DNA of 64,000 nt from an uncultured Candidatus Saccharibacteria bacterium (GTDB taxonomy: Bacteria; Patescibacteriota; Minisyncoccia; Phycocordibacterales; PALSA-1337), in the NCBI GenBank assembly GCA_964529025.1, contig CAZGUZ010000001.1, positions 70,163-134,162 of the forward strand, written 5' to 3'. Positions 1 to 9,715 of this stretch are shown here, piece by piece (position 1 is the stretch's first letter; the number at the start of each line of letters is the position of its first letter). A model generated the notes under the pieces. That model had not been told where the DNA came from, made no database searches, and was given only the letters and a program-made list of their open reading frames with translations. A program made the position numbers and the translations under genes.

Positions 1-1018
1 AGGCTTTAGTAATTTCAATGAATGGTTCAACATCTCTTCCAGGCTTCATCACATTAGGAAACTTTGTTCCACTCTTAATACTTGCTCCGGCCCCAGTATC
101 AGGATCTGTTAAGTAACACGAGCCAACATTCTTACCAAAAGCAGACTCTTGCATTAGGATTGCCAAAAGGAATGCTGGCCGAATACCAGTTTTCTGTGCT
201 GCTTCGTTTGCAAAAGCCAAAGCTTGTTCGAATGGAATTGCGGCTGTATCGCGCAAAGAAAAGAGTGCCGCGCGAATCTCGGCAGCTTTTGCTCGCTTTT
301 CAGCGGCAATTTGTGAATAGAGCATTTCACTATTCTTACTTGCGGCAAGGAGACGCTTTTTTTCGGCCTCGGCAGATTCAATTTTCTTTTTTTGTTCAGC
401 AATAACGGCTCTGGCATCGATCTCTTGATTCTTCTTTTTGTCGAGTGCTTGTTTTTCTGTTTCTGTCTGTGATCGAGCATCGCGAATATCTGCAAAGGTT
501 GCAGCGAGTGAATCTTCTATCATTTCAAAGTCGTCAATATCAGCAAAAAACTGAGTTAGTGACACTCTACTAAGTACGACTTCTGGCAAGCTGTACGTAT
601 CAAATTCATTTCTTTTGCGTAAGAGTTCTGCAAGAGATTCTTGCCCCCTTTCTATACGCTCATTAAGTTCACCTATATGCTCATTCTTAGTATTTATATC
701 TTTACCTAGAGTAGCAATAACCAAGTTTTTAGCTTGAATCTTAAGTTGGGCAGACTTAATTTCGGCATTGAGAATACGAATATCTCGATCCAAAGAAGCC
801 GATTCATTTTTAGCAGAAGCTAGAGCAGCTTCAGTTTCTTTAACTTCGCGCTCAACATTTGCCAATTCTTGTTTGAGGCGAGCCTCGCGCTCAACGGTAG
901 TTTCAGCATGTACAACGTGCGGAGCAAACAAAAAATCTGCCCCTACCACACAACCCAGAATAAATATGGTGGCAGCGCAATGCATTATAATTTTTTGGTA
1001 CAAACTGCCCTGTGACAT
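1..1018 (-). CDS. Partial CDS (5' part in window, runs off the window start): secreted or membrane-anchored coiled-coil protein with a C-terminal MltB-like lytic transglycosylase domain
   Basis: Manual minus-strand translation from the ATG at 1018 gives MSQGSLYQKIIMHCAATIFILGCVVG... (signal/TM). A long Glu/Lys/Ala-rich coiled coil follows, then ...AFLLAILMQESAFGKNVGSCYLTDPDTGAG..., which resembles the MltB-type E-S-x-FG catalytic motif. There is no stop before position 1, so the ORF track missed it. The listed ORFs 82..405, 154..495 and 768..1094 lie inside it in other frames. Confidence 0.6.
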   Translation of the reverse strand, partial: MSQGSLYQKIIMHCAATIFILGCVVGADFLFAPHVVHAETTVEREARLKQELANVEREVKETEAALASAKNESASLDRDIRILNAEIKSAQLKIQAKNLVIATLGKDINTKNEHIGELNERIERGQESLAELLRKRNEFDTYSLPEVVLSRVSLTQFFADIDDFEMIEDSLAATFADIRDARSQTETEKQALDKKKNQEIDARAVIAEQKKKIESAEAEKKRLLAASKNSEMLYSQIAAEKRAKAAEIRAALFSLRDTAAIPFEQALAFANEAAQKTGIRPAFLLAILMQESAFGKNVGSCYLTDPDTGAGASIKSGTKFPNVMKPGRDVEPFIEITKA

Positions 1019-1037
1019 GCGTATAGTATACCAAAAT

Positions 1038-1062
1038 AAAAACCGGCTTGCGCCAGTTTTTA
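1038..1062 (-). terminator. Intrinsic terminator downstream of rplY
   Basis: On the minus strand: AAAAACUGGC GCAA GCCGGUUUUU hairpin followed by a U-tract, immediately 3' of the rplY stop. Confidence 0.55.
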
Positions 1063-1083
1063 TCATTGAACAACACTTTTGTA

Positions 1084-1731
1084 TTATTCTTTAGCATCTC
1101 CTTCACCAGGAGCTGGTTCTTCTTTACCTTTCTTTTCAACTTCGATAGCCGACATGTCGATAGCTGTAGGAGCTTCTTCGACTTCTTCCTTAGCAACAGC
1201 GATAGAAGCAACAATTTCATCAGCATCAGTAGCAAGCTCTACTCCAGATGGGAGTTTGATATCACCTGCCTTAATAACACTTGTAAGATCTGTAAGAAGT
1301 GCAATGTCGACAGCAATTTCTCGAGGAAGATCTTTTGGCATAGCCTTGATCTTAAGATCATGAGCCACCTTAACAAGAATACCTCCAAGATCCTTAACTG
1401 CAGGAGAAACGTTAACGAATGTTACAGGAACATCCACAGTAAGCTTCTTACCCTTTTCAATAACGTAGAAGTCTACGTGTCGAACTGCATCTGTTAGAGG
1501 GTGAAAATCGATGTCATGAATAAGAACATCGTGCTCCTCGCCGCCAACCTTAAGACTAATAATTGATGACTCACCTGCTTTTTTCCAAACCTTAGTAAAT
1601 TCTACCTGAGAAACAGCAACTGAAGTTGATGGTTCTTTTGGACCATAGAATACAGCAGGAATAAAGCCCTTTTTATTAAGCGCCTCTACTGAATCTGCTG
1701 GAGTTCTTTTTTCGACATTAAGCGTATACAT
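1084..1731 (-). CDS. rplY: 50S ribosomal protein L25 / general stress protein Ctc
   Basis: 215 aa. The N-terminal L25 domain (MYTLNVEKR...AVFYG...) and the acidic C-terminal Ctc-type extension (EEAPTAIDMSAIEVEKKGKEEPAPGEGDAKE) are both present. Confidence 0.85.
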   Translation of the reverse strand: MYTLNVEKRTPADSVEALNKKGFIPAVFYGPKEPSTSVAVSQVEFTKVWKKAGESSIISLKVGGEEHDVLIHDIDFHPLTDAVRHVDFYVIEKGKKLTVDVPVTFVNVSPAVKDLGGILVKVAHDLKIKAMPKDLPREIAVDIALLTDLTSVIKAGDIKLPSGVELATDADEIVASIAVAKEEVEEAPTAIDMSAIEVEKKGKEEPAPGEGDAKE

Positions 1732-1805
1732 ACCAGAACAGTCTACTGATTTCTACAAAAAAAGCAAGGGTTTTGAGCTTTTTACACCCAAAACTCACAA
1801 TTACC

Positions 1806-2012
1806 TTACAAGATAAATGTAAATACAACGATAATTGTTAGAACGACTGCCGCAAGAGCGATACCCAAAAGAAACATATTAGCCTGAGCATCATCTTTAG
1901 CAATACCACGAGCAACAAGGAAACGACCAAAAGCAGAAGAATTAGCTTGCTGTACCTGCTGTTGATACGCCTGATTCATCATTGCATTCTCTTCATTAAA
2001 TTCAATTCCCAT
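1806..2012 (-). CDS. Small hypothetical membrane protein (one C-terminal TM helix)
   Basis: 68 aa with a Gln-rich N-terminus and a hydrophobic C-terminal helix (LLGIALAAVVLTIIVVFTFIL). No recognisable family. Confidence 0.35.
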   Translation of the reverse strand: MGIEFNEENAMMNQAYQQQVQQANSSAFGRFLVARGIAKDDAQANMFLLGIALAAVVLTIIVVFTFIL

Positions 2013-2062
2013 ATATAGTTAATTAAATAATACGTAATAAGTATATCACACAAGGGTACTGC

Positions 2063-3040
2063 CTAGTAAACAGGGTTTTTTGGAGCTCGTCCTGCTAATA
2101 CCTCTACAATATTTGTCGCTGATAATCGAGCCATATCGAGTCGAGCTTCTTCGGTTGCTGAAGCAATATGTGGAGTGAGGATTACATTCGACAAGTCGGC
2201 AAGGCCTGGAGTAAGCTTTGGTTCAAATTCAAATACATCAAGTCCTGCTCCTGCTATTACATTGTTCTTCAAAGCCTCTACAAGAGCTGTCTCGTCAATT
2301 ACAGGGCCACGTGATGTGTTAATAAGGTAAGCAGTCTTTTTCATCAGTGCCAAACGCCCTGCATTCATAAGGTGATGTGTTGCTTCCATCAAAGGTACAT
2401 GGATCGACACGACATCTGAAATCTTAAGAACTTCTTCTACCGTTGCGCAAAACTGTGCTCCATAGTTTTTCTCAAGGTCTTCATTACGCTTAATATCGTA
2501 GTAAGCAACCTTCATACCAAAGCCGTGCCATGCTTTATGAGCAACCTCGGCTCCAATACGGCCGGTTCCGACAATACCTAAAGTTCCTCCATTTAATTTA
2601 CTTCCATGCAAAAGCATGGGATCCCAACCGACATATTTACCTGTTCGAATATATGAATCACCTTCTACAACTCGACACGTAAGACCAAGAATAAGTGCCC
2701 ATGTATGTTCTGCCACTCTGTCTGCCCCGCCACCTGGAGTGTTAGTCAAAAATACTCCACGCTTTTTTGCTGCTTCTACTGAAAAATTATTAAAACCAAT
2801 TGCATAGTTAGCAAATATTTTTACACTTGGTGCAGCTGCCAAAACTTCTTCATCAATTGAATCAGTAAGTAACGACAAGACAGCATCGTACTGTGTGTCT
2901 GACAAAGCCTTAATGAGCTCGGCTTTTGTTAAAGGTCGAGGAAGTTTATTTATTTCAACTGTATGCCCTGCTTGAGTAAGAATATCGATACCAATTTGTG
3001 GAATCTCGCGAGTTATATAAACTTTTGACATATTAAGCAT
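2063..3040 (-). CDS. D-isomer-specific 2-hydroxyacid dehydrogenase (glyoxylate/hydroxypyruvate reductase or PGDH-like)
   Basis: 325 aa. NAD-binding GxGxxG (GIVGTGRIGAEVAHKA) and the catalytic region ...SIHVPL...LINTSRG...D are present. Architecture is typical of the family. Confidence 0.8.
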   Translation of the reverse strand: MLNMSKVYITREIPQIGIDILTQAGHTVEINKLPRPLTKAELIKALSDTQYDAVLSLLTDSIDEEVLAAAPSVKIFANYAIGFNNFSVEAAKKRGVFLTNTPGGGADRVAEHTWALILGLTCRVVEGDSYIRTGKYVGWDPMLLHGSKLNGGTLGIVGTGRIGAEVAHKAWHGFGMKVAYYDIKRNEDLEKNYGAQFCATVEEVLKISDVVSIHVPLMEATHHLMNAGRLALMKKTAYLINTSRGPVIDETALVEALKNNVIAGAGLDVFEFEPKLTPGLADLSNVILTPHIASATEEARLDMARLSATNIVEVLAGRAPKNPVY

Positions 3041-3917
3041 TCATAAAAACTAATAATTTTTTCTTTACAACCTCTTTCATTGCATCGCGTGCAGCTTTCA
3101 TGTATTTATAGGGAGCAACTTCATCAGGATTTTCTTGAAGGTATTTAATGAGCCCCTGCTTAAATGCAACACGGAGTTCGGTATTTACGTGCACAATTCG
3201 AACACCAGCTTTTATACACTCTTTAATTTCTGCATCAGAATTACCCGAAGCCCCATGAAGCACTAGTGGAACCTTTGTTGCTAAACTAATTTCTTGCACA
3301 CGCTGTGGGTTTAAAGCAGGATCAACTCCACCCTTAAGCATACCGTGGATATTACCAACAGCAGGAGCAAGCATGTCAGCACCTGTCTCTTGAATAAACT
3401 TTTGTGCTTCACTTGGGTCAGTTAAAAATTCATCAGTAAGCTTAACATTGTCTGGTATACCTTCGAGGACCTTTGAAGACTTACCGATAAAACCCAGCTC
3501 TGCTTCTAAGAGCATTGTTGGTCTAACTTTTGTAATGTATTCTTTGCATTTTTGAGTTTCTGCAACATTCGAAGCAAAAGGCAGTTCGGTTCCATCAAAA
3601 ATTACTGCATCGTAGCCTGCATCTACCACTTCTTTAACCCGTTCAAAAGAATAGGTATGATCAGCATTTAAAAATAGAGGTATATTATATTTTTCACGAG
3701 CACTGCGCACCATAAGCGCAACGGCTTCTACTCCAATACAATCTCTTTCGCCTTCTGATACGCCAATGATTACAGGAATTTTATGTCCGAGTTCTGCTTC
3801 AAGTTCTTGTGAAGCATGTACAACAGCCCAAAAGCCATCGGAGTTTGAAATATTAAAGTGACCGATAGCATTACCCTGTTTTTCTGCTAATTTCAGATAT
3901 TCTTGTATGGTGTTCAT
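3033..3917 (-). CDS. fba: Class II fructose-1,6-bisphosphate aldolase
   Basis: 294 aa. N-terminus GHFNISNSDG..., LFLNADHT and His-rich metal-ligand motifs (HVNTEL, LVLHGASG) match FbaA/tagatose-bisphosphate aldolase. Confidence 0.85.
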   Translation of the reverse strand: MNTIQEYLKLAEKQGNAIGHFNISNSDGFWAVVHASQELEAELGHKIPVIIGVSEGERDCIGVEAVALMVRSAREKYNIPLFLNADHTYSFERVKEVVDAGYDAVIFDGTELPFASNVAETQKCKEYITKVRPTMLLEAELGFIGKSSKVLEGIPDNVKLTDEFLTDPSEAQKFIQETGADMLAPAVGNIHGMLKGGVDPALNPQRVQEISLATKVPLVLHGASGNSDAEIKECIKAGVRIVHVNTELRVAFKQGLIKYLQENPDEVAPYKYMKAARDAMKEVVKKKLLVFMNA

Positions 3918-3969
3918 AACACTAGTGTACCATTTGCTGTATACTTATGTCATACGAACATCCACACTT

Positions 3970-5028
3970 ATGATTCTTTTATCTTCTCTATTCTCTAAAA
4001 AATTCGACGTTGTCACAATTGGCGATATAACTGTAGATACATTTATTCGCCTCAAAGAAGCCGAGGTTCATTGCAACGTTAATCCCGAAGATTGCACCCT
4101 ATCGGTAAAATTTGGTGACAAAATTCCTTACGAAGAAGCCTACAATATTCCCGGAGTAGGAAATAGCGCCAATGCAGCAGTGGCATTTTCGAAATTAGGA
4201 CTCCACACTGCTTTTATTGGTAACATCGGTGATGATACTAATGGCGATGATTGTATTGAAGCTTTGCGCAAGCAGCAGGTTCGTACGCCCTATGTGGTTC
4301 GCCATCATGGCCGTGCAACAAATCATCATTATGTACTTTGGTACGGAGCCGAAAGAACAATACTCGTAAAGCATCAAACATACCCTTATTCTTTACCCGA
4401 AGAACTTATTACACAGTCTTCACACAAAATTCCTTCATGGGTGTATTTAAGTTCGCTCGGAGCATCTTCTGAGTCTTTCCATCATGACATTGCAGAATGG
4501 CTTGAAATGTACCCGACAATTAAAGTTGCTTTTCAGCCTGGAACTTTTCAGATGCGACTCGGTACTGAAAAGCTCAAGAAAATATATGCACGTACCCATG
4601 TTTTTGTGGTAAACGTCGAAGAAGCGGGCAGAATTCTTAATCTTCACTCAGCCAAGATTTCTGTTTTACTTAAAGGTTTGGCACAGCTTGGTCCTAAAAT
4701 CGTCTGCATTACCGATGGCCCTAAAGGAGCCTATATGTACGACACTACAAGCCCTGAGGCAGTCCAGAAAATGTATTTTATGCCACCCTATCCAGACCAA
4801 GGAGAGCCTTATGAAAGAACTGGCTGTGGCGATGCTTTTGCTTCAACCTTCGTGGCAGCCCTAGCGCTCGGAAAAACCCCGCTAGAAGCTCTTATATGGG
4901 CGCCTATTAACCCAATGTCAGTCGTATTGTCAGTTGGTGCTCAAAAGGGTCTTTTGAATGCTCAAGAAATTGAAAGCTGGATTGCGCGCAAACCTGAGTC
5001 TTATAAACCTATAGAACTTTCAGAATAG
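3970..5028 (+). CDS. PfkB-family carbohydrate/nucleoside kinase (ribokinase-like)
   Basis: The C-terminal PfkB signature is DGPKGAY...GCGDAFASTFVAALALG. The start is placed at the internal ATG (MILLSSLFSKKFDVVTIGD), which leaves a divergent promoter gap with fba. The track ORF begins at 3907 and overlaps fba. Confidence 0.75.
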   Translation: MILLSSLFSKKFDVVTIGDITVDTFIRLKEAEVHCNVNPEDCTLSVKFGDKIPYEEAYNIPGVGNSANAAVAFSKLGLHTAFIGNIGDDTNGDDCIEALRKQQVRTPYVVRHHGRATNHHYVLWYGAERTILVKHQTYPYSLPEELITQSSHKIPSWVYLSSLGASSESFHHDIAEWLEMYPTIKVAFQPGTFQMRLGTEKLKKIYARTHVFVVNVEEAGRILNLHSAKISVLLKGLAQLGPKIVCITDGPKGAYMYDTTSPEAVQKMYFMPPYPDQGEPYERTGCGDAFASTFVAALALGKTPLEALIWAPINPMSVVLSVGAQKGLLNAQEIESWIARKPESYKPIELSE

Positions 5029-6257
5029 AAATCTGCTAAGAATTTCTTTTTGAATTCTGTATACGTACCATCAAGGAGCGATAATCGTATTTTTTCGACG
5101 AGTGAAATTATAAAGTGTAGGTTATGAATTGAAGCAAGTGTTGCTGCAAGCATTTCATGCGATCTAAATAAATGAGCTAAATAAGCAGCTGTATACTTTT
5201 GAGCAACTGGACTATTAGATGTCGCGTCGAAAGATTCGAGTAATTGGGCAAACTCAGCATTGCGGATATTAATCTTTCCTCGGTTGGTATACAGAGTGCC
5301 ATTTCGCGCAATGCGAGTTGGAGCAACACAATCAAAGGTGTCGACACCATTTTCAATAGCACCAAAAATATCAATTGGCTCGCCAATTCCTAAAAGGTGC
5401 CGTGGTTTATTCTCTGGTAATTCTGAGCAAACCCAGCCTACAGCAGTATCGATATCTTTTTTAGTGAATGAACCACCAATGCCGAAGCCATCGAAAGGCA
5501 TACTTCCAAGGTGACGCGCACACATGCGGCGCAAGTCTTCATGCTGACCGCCCTGCACTACTCCGAAAAGCATTTGATTTTTAGAGTTATTTGCCAAATG
5601 TCTATCAAGAGATCTTTGAGCCCAGCGATGCGTTCTTTCTACTGCTTGTAATTGATATTCATGTGGCGCCATTGGCGAAGTACACTCATCGAAAGCAAAG
5701 AAAATGTCTGCACCGAGCGCATGCTGAATATCCATTGAAAGCTCCGGAGTAAAGCGATGGCGTGATCCATCAATGTGTGACTTAAATGTCACACCATCTT
5801 CATCAATATCAACAAGTGATCCTTGGCCATTACTTTCGCGACCATCATTATCTATCGCCTCATTAAGATCAGCTGCTTTTGTGGTAGCAACCTTGGATAC
5901 ACCTTTACCATATGCTTGCCCTAAAGAAAAAACCTGAAAACCACCTGAGTCAGTAAAAGTTGGGCCATTCCAATTCATAAACTTTCCAAAACCACCAGCT
6001 TGATCAACAAGCTTATGTCCTGGCTCAAGATATAAGTGATATGTATTAGCAAGCACTGCCTGTGCACCTGTAAGATGAATGTCTTCTACCGTAAGAGCTT
6101 TAACTGTAGCTTTTGTTCCCACCGCAATAAAAGCAGGAGTCTGTATATCACCATGTGGAGTTTTAATTGTTCCTACACGTGCTAAGCCAGTACGATATTC
6201 ATCACCTTTACCGCCTCCCTGTGGAAATTTCTTAATAAGTTCAAAGCCAGGCTTCAT
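5001..6257 (-). CDS. tgt: Queuine tRNA-ribosyltransferase (tRNA-guanine transglycosylase)
   Basis: 418 aa with Tgt hallmarks: ...TPAFIAVGTKATVKALT..., ...DCVAPTRIARNGTLYT..., and the zinc-binding region. Confidence 0.85.
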   Translation of the reverse strand: MKPGFELIKKFPQGGGKGDEYRTGLARVGTIKTPHGDIQTPAFIAVGTKATVKALTVEDIHLTGAQAVLANTYHLYLEPGHKLVDQAGGFGKFMNWNGPTFTDSGGFQVFSLGQAYGKGVSKVATTKAADLNEAIDNDGRESNGQGSLVDIDEDGVTFKSHIDGSRHRFTPELSMDIQHALGADIFFAFDECTSPMAPHEYQLQAVERTHRWAQRSLDRHLANNSKNQMLFGVVQGGQHEDLRRMCARHLGSMPFDGFGIGGSFTKKDIDTAVGWVCSELPENKPRHLLGIGEPIDIFGAIENGVDTFDCVAPTRIARNGTLYTNRGKINIRNAEFAQLLESFDATSNSPVAQKYTAAYLAHLFRSHEMLAATLASIHNLHFIISLVEKIRLSLLDGTYTEFKKKFLADFYSESSIGL

Positions 6258-6280
6258 ATGCGCATGATATACTAGTCTTT

Positions 6281-6964
6281 ATGGATGCACAATACTTTAA
6301 CGAACACGATATTCGAAAAAATCAGGTAGAAAGTCTTGCTCGAATTTTTCAAGAATTTAAAAATGGTTTTGATTTTATCAAACGTTATCCAAAGAGTGTT
6401 AGCATTATGGGCTCAGCGCGCTTTGCCGAAGACCATAAGTACTCGCTTATGGCCCGTGAACTTGCTCGACGAATTGCAAAAGAATGTGGCTATGCAGTTG
6501 TAACTGGTGGTGGCCCCGGAATTATGGAGGCAGCTAATCGTGGAGCGCATGAAGCTGGCGGAGTTTCTCTTGGTATTTCAATTAAATTACCTAAAGAACA
6601 ACATACGAATCCTTGGGTTGTTGAAAATATGGATTTTTCATATTTCTTTACCCGAAAGACAATTCTTACTTTTGCTGCAGAAGCATATGTAGTATTCCCT
6701 GGCGGCTATGGAACTTTCGATGAATTCTTTGAAGTACTTACCCTTATCCAAACAAAAAAGATCCCCGCTGTTCCAATAATTCTTATTGGCTCAGACTTTT
6801 GGACACCTCTTGTTACCTTTATTAAAGAGCACATGCTTGAAGAAGATAGAGCAATTAATCCTGAAGATCTTAAGCTCTACACGATCACCGATAATCTTGA
6901 TGAAGCAATAGATATTATTAAACGCGCACCGATTCAGAGGTGGTGGAAAAATATCGAGCGGTAA
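6281..6964 (+). CDS. LOG-family protein (TIGR00730; cytokinin riboside 5'-monophosphate phosphoribohydrolase-like)
   Basis: GGGPGIMEAANRGAHEAGG and PGGYGTFDEFFEVLTLIQT(KK) motifs. Confidence 0.8.
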   Translation: MDAQYFNEHDIRKNQVESLARIFQEFKNGFDFIKRYPKSVSIMGSARFAEDHKYSLMARELARRIAKECGYAVVTGGGPGIMEAANRGAHEAGGVSLGISIKLPKEQHTNPWVVENMDFSYFFTRKTILTFAAEAYVVFPGGYGTFDEFFEVLTLIQTKKIPAVPIILIGSDFWTPLVTFIKEHMLEEDRAINPEDLKLYTITDNLDEAIDIIKRAPIQRWWKNIER

Positions 6965-8171
6965 CAAAAACCAAACCAGCAACAACCATGAGAACCCCGG
7001 CAACTAATACCGGGGTTTCTGGCGTAAATGTAATGACAACAAAGCCCGAAATTAAAGGTGGTATAGACTGGGCCAATGCTTGCACACTTGCATTGATACC
7101 TAAAATCTCACCCTGTATTGTCTTATCTGCTTTGCGAGAAATTAAACCATTTACATTCGCAAGCACAAGACCGTTAGCGACAGCAAACATTGCAGCTACT
7201 ATACGTAACTCAATAATTCCGTATACAAAGTAATGTGTAAACATAATTAGACCAGCCAGAACAAGTGATGTGCGAATAATCTTATAGTCCGAAACTCGTG
7301 TTGCTAAAAAGCGCGTAATTGTTACTTGGGTAATTACAATACAGATACCCAAAAAAGCTAAGTGCTTCCCTATTTGTGCTTCTGTCATCATAAACCTATC
7401 AACAAGAAAGACTCCAAAGAAAGACGTAAAGAAAGCAAAACTAGCTTGATAAATAAAGTTTGTTGCAAATATTCCTCTAAAACCTGGGAAAGTTGCGGCG
7501 CGTGCAAGATTTGCCAAAGACTTTCCCCATTCGAGTCTTGTCTTTTCTTGTGGAATATATGTTTCAGGTAATACAAACCACACGATAATTACATTAATGA
7601 GTGAAAGTATAGCAGCAAACCAAAATGGAACCGTTGGGCCAAACCAAGATACGATAGTGCTATCAACCAAGACTCCACCTAAAAATGGGCCGAGGATAAA
7701 GCCGAGCCCAAAAGCAGCTCCGATTAAACCAAAATTCTTTGCTCTGTCTTGTGGTAATGTACTGTCGGCAATTACCGCTTGTGCCACTGAAATGTTTCCT
7801 CCGGTTATTCCGTCAAAAAAACGTGACGCCATGAGTAACCACACACTCTTAATAACAACACCGATGCCAAAGACGACATATGATACGAGGGTTCCGAGCA
7901 AAGCAATTGCTAGGATTTTTTTGCGTCCATACATATCTGATAGCTGTCCCAAAATAGGTGTGGCCACAAACTGCCCAAGTGGATATGTTGCGGTAAGTAT
8001 GCCGAGCAAAACGTATCCCGTTTCGATTGATACTGAATTACCAAGTAAATAAAGTGACGAGTCTGGATTAGCAAATAGCTGCGGCAGAATTGGAATAAGA
8101 ATTCCAAAACCAAGCATATCTAGAAATATAGTAAAAAATATTATCGGCAGAATGAAGCGGCGATTTACCAT
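6918..8171 (-). CDS. MFS transporter
   Basis: 417 aa, about 12 predicted TM helices, and MFS signature-like loops (GQLSDMYGRKKIL). Convergent 47-nt overlap with the LOG gene. Confidence 0.75.
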   Translation of the reverse strand: MVNRRFILPIIFFTIFLDMLGFGILIPILPQLFANPDSSLYLLGNSVSIETGYVLLGILTATYPLGQFVATPILGQLSDMYGRKKILAIALLGTLVSYVVFGIGVVIKSVWLLMASRFFDGITGGNISVAQAVIADSTLPQDRAKNFGLIGAAFGLGFILGPFLGGVLVDSTIVSWFGPTVPFWFAAILSLINVIIVWFVLPETYIPQEKTRLEWGKSLANLARAATFPGFRGIFATNFIYQASFAFFTSFFGVFLVDRFMMTEAQIGKHLAFLGICIVITQVTITRFLATRVSDYKIIRTSLVLAGLIMFTHYFVYGIIELRIVAAMFAVANGLVLANVNGLISRKADKTIQGEILGINASVQALAQSIPPLISGFVVITFTPETPVLVAGVLMVVAGLVFVTARYFSTTSESVRV

Positions 8172-8182
8172 AGGAAACTTTC

Positions 8183-8674
8183 TTAGTTAAGAGCAAAGAT
8201 AACAAACGTTATGATGAATACCACTGCCATAACAATATTCCCCGCAACGCCAGTTAAAGTACCGAGCACACCACCAATTGCTGCTTTCCAAGCTTTCTTA
8301 CTTTTATGATGCTGACTTAATTCAGTGATATATATACCAAGAAAGAAACCAAGAACACTACCAAAAATTGGAAGTGGAATTATAAAAGTTCCAACGATAA
8401 GTCCAAAAAAACCACCGAGGAGAGAAAGCATATTTGCTCCGCCATAACGTGCTCCAATTATTCCTGCACCAATGTCAAAAAGAATTGCTGCAATAACAAT
8501 GATTCCGAGAATTAAAAGATTGTTTACTGTGAGGAGTGAGAACGTGGTTGCAAAACCAAAGACAGCTGCAACAAAAAGCATATAGAGCAAACCTGGTACT
8601 CCAGGAATAAAAGCCGCAATAATGCCGGGGAGTAATAGTAAGGTAAAAAGTATTACAATAAGTTCATAATTCAT
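8183..8674 (-). CDS. Small polytopic membrane protein (DUF456-like)
   Basis: 163 aa with four hydrophobic Gly-rich helices. There is no catalytic motif. The family assignment is tentative. Confidence 0.4.
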   Translation of the reverse strand: MNYELIVILFTLLLLPGIIAAFIPGVPGLLYMLFVAAVFGFATTFSLLTVNNLLILGIIVIAAILFDIGAGIIGARYGGANMLSLLGGFFGLIVGTFIIPLPIFGSVLGFFLGIYITELSQHHKSKKAWKAAIGGVLGTLTGVAGNIVMAVVFIITFVIFALN

Positions 8675-8691
8675 AGCTTATAGTTTAGCAC

Positions 8692-8717
8692 AAAAAAACC
8701 GCGTGAGCGGTTTTTTT
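8692..8717 (-). terminator. Intrinsic terminator after the RRM gene (possibly bidirectional)
   Basis: AAAAAAACCGC GUGA GCGGUUUUUUU is a perfect stem flanked by A-runs and U-runs on both strands. Confidence 0.6.
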
Positions 8718-8734
8718 GTGACTTATAGGTCAAT

Positions 8735-9007
8735 TTAGGCGTCTCGTCGTGCTCGAGGCTCCATTGGGCGAGCTTCGTTAACTGTGAGATTTCGTCCATC
8801 GAGTGGCTTACCATGGAACATTTCAATTGCCTTCTGTGCTCCATCTTCTGATTTCATTTCAACGAATCCAAAGCCCTTTGATCGGCCTGACATTCGATCC
8901 ATGATGATCTGAGCAGATTCAACTTCTCCTGCTGCTTCAAAATGAGCTCGGAGAGCGTTATCATCTGTTGAATAAGGAATACCACCAACGTATAGCTTCT
9001 TTGCCAT
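8735..9007 (-). CDS. RRM-type RNA-binding protein
   Basis: 90 aa. RNP2 (KLYVGGIPY) and RNP1 (KGFGFVEM) motifs, plus a short Arg-rich tail. Confidence 0.85.
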   Translation of the reverse strand: MAKKLYVGGIPYSTDDNALRAHFEAAGEVESAQIIMDRMSGRSKGFGFVEMKSEDGAQKAIEMFHGKPLDGRNLTVNEARPMEPRARRDA

Positions 9008-9060
9008 AATTAATTACCTCGTCTTTGACTATTATTACCCGTAAGCGATCGAGAAACTTA

Positions 9061-9714
9061 CTAGGCTTTTAGTGTAGCATACTCAGGTACCACTTGTCTA
9101 TTGACTTCATAAAAAGCCTTGATAGCAGCAAAAAACTCTCGGAATGAATTCTTAAAATCTGAATAAGTACTATCGGTAGGTATTCCGTATGCATCTATGC
9201 CAACATTACGTGCAATATAGATAGAACGAGCGACGTGGAACTTTTGTGTCACAATGAGAGCCGAGTTAACACTATACACATTACGTGCTCGGTACATTGA
9301 GTGATATGTGTCGATACCCCCTTCGTCGGTAATAATGTCCACTTCGGGAATTCCGTAGTTTTTAAGATAGCTCACTACAGCATTCACCTCTTTTCTGCCA
9401 GCTTGAACACTATCAGCACTTACAAGAATCTTTTTTACAAATTTCTTTTCGTACAAAGAGATTGCACCGAGAGTTCTATCTTCAAGTGCCCTGCTGAGGC
9501 TTCCATTATTATATACCGATGCACCGAGAATAATTGCAACGTCTGCTTGAGGAGCCTGCTCGCGCTCACGTAAGTATGATGAAGCACTGATTCTAATGTA
9601 CATATTGATACACATAATAATTACAATGGTACCAAGCAAAAAAGCTCCGCCATACACTTGAAACTTATGGCACCATAGGCCAAAGCCAGTTTTTTGTTCA
9701 GTACTACCTTCCAT
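9061..9714 (-). CDS. SanA/YdcF-like DUF218 domain protein with N-terminal TM anchor
   Basis: 217 aa. The N-terminal hydrophobic helix is followed by a DUF218 core (ILGASVYNNGSLSRALEDR...ILVSADS...). Confidence 0.7.
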   Translation of the reverse strand: MEGSTEQKTGFGLWCHKFQVYGGAFLLGTIVIIMCINMYIRISASSYLREREQAPQADVAIILGASVYNNGSLSRALEDRTLGAISLYEKKFVKKILVSADSVQAGRKEVNAVVSYLKNYGIPEVDIITDEGGIDTYHSMYRARNVYSVNSALIVTQKFHVARSIYIARNVGIDAYGIPTDSTYSDFKNSFREFFAAIKAFYEVNRQVVPEYATLKA

Positions 9715-9715
9715 A

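Noticed and set aside
82-1235. Track ORFs 82..405(+), 154..495(-), 768..1094(+), 903..1235(-), 1048..1497(+), 1079..1363(+)
   Set aside because: All lie within, or antisense to, the long minus-strand coiled-coil/MltB-like ORF (1..1018) or rplY. Their compositions are Lys/Arg- or Ser-rich out-of-frame artefacts.
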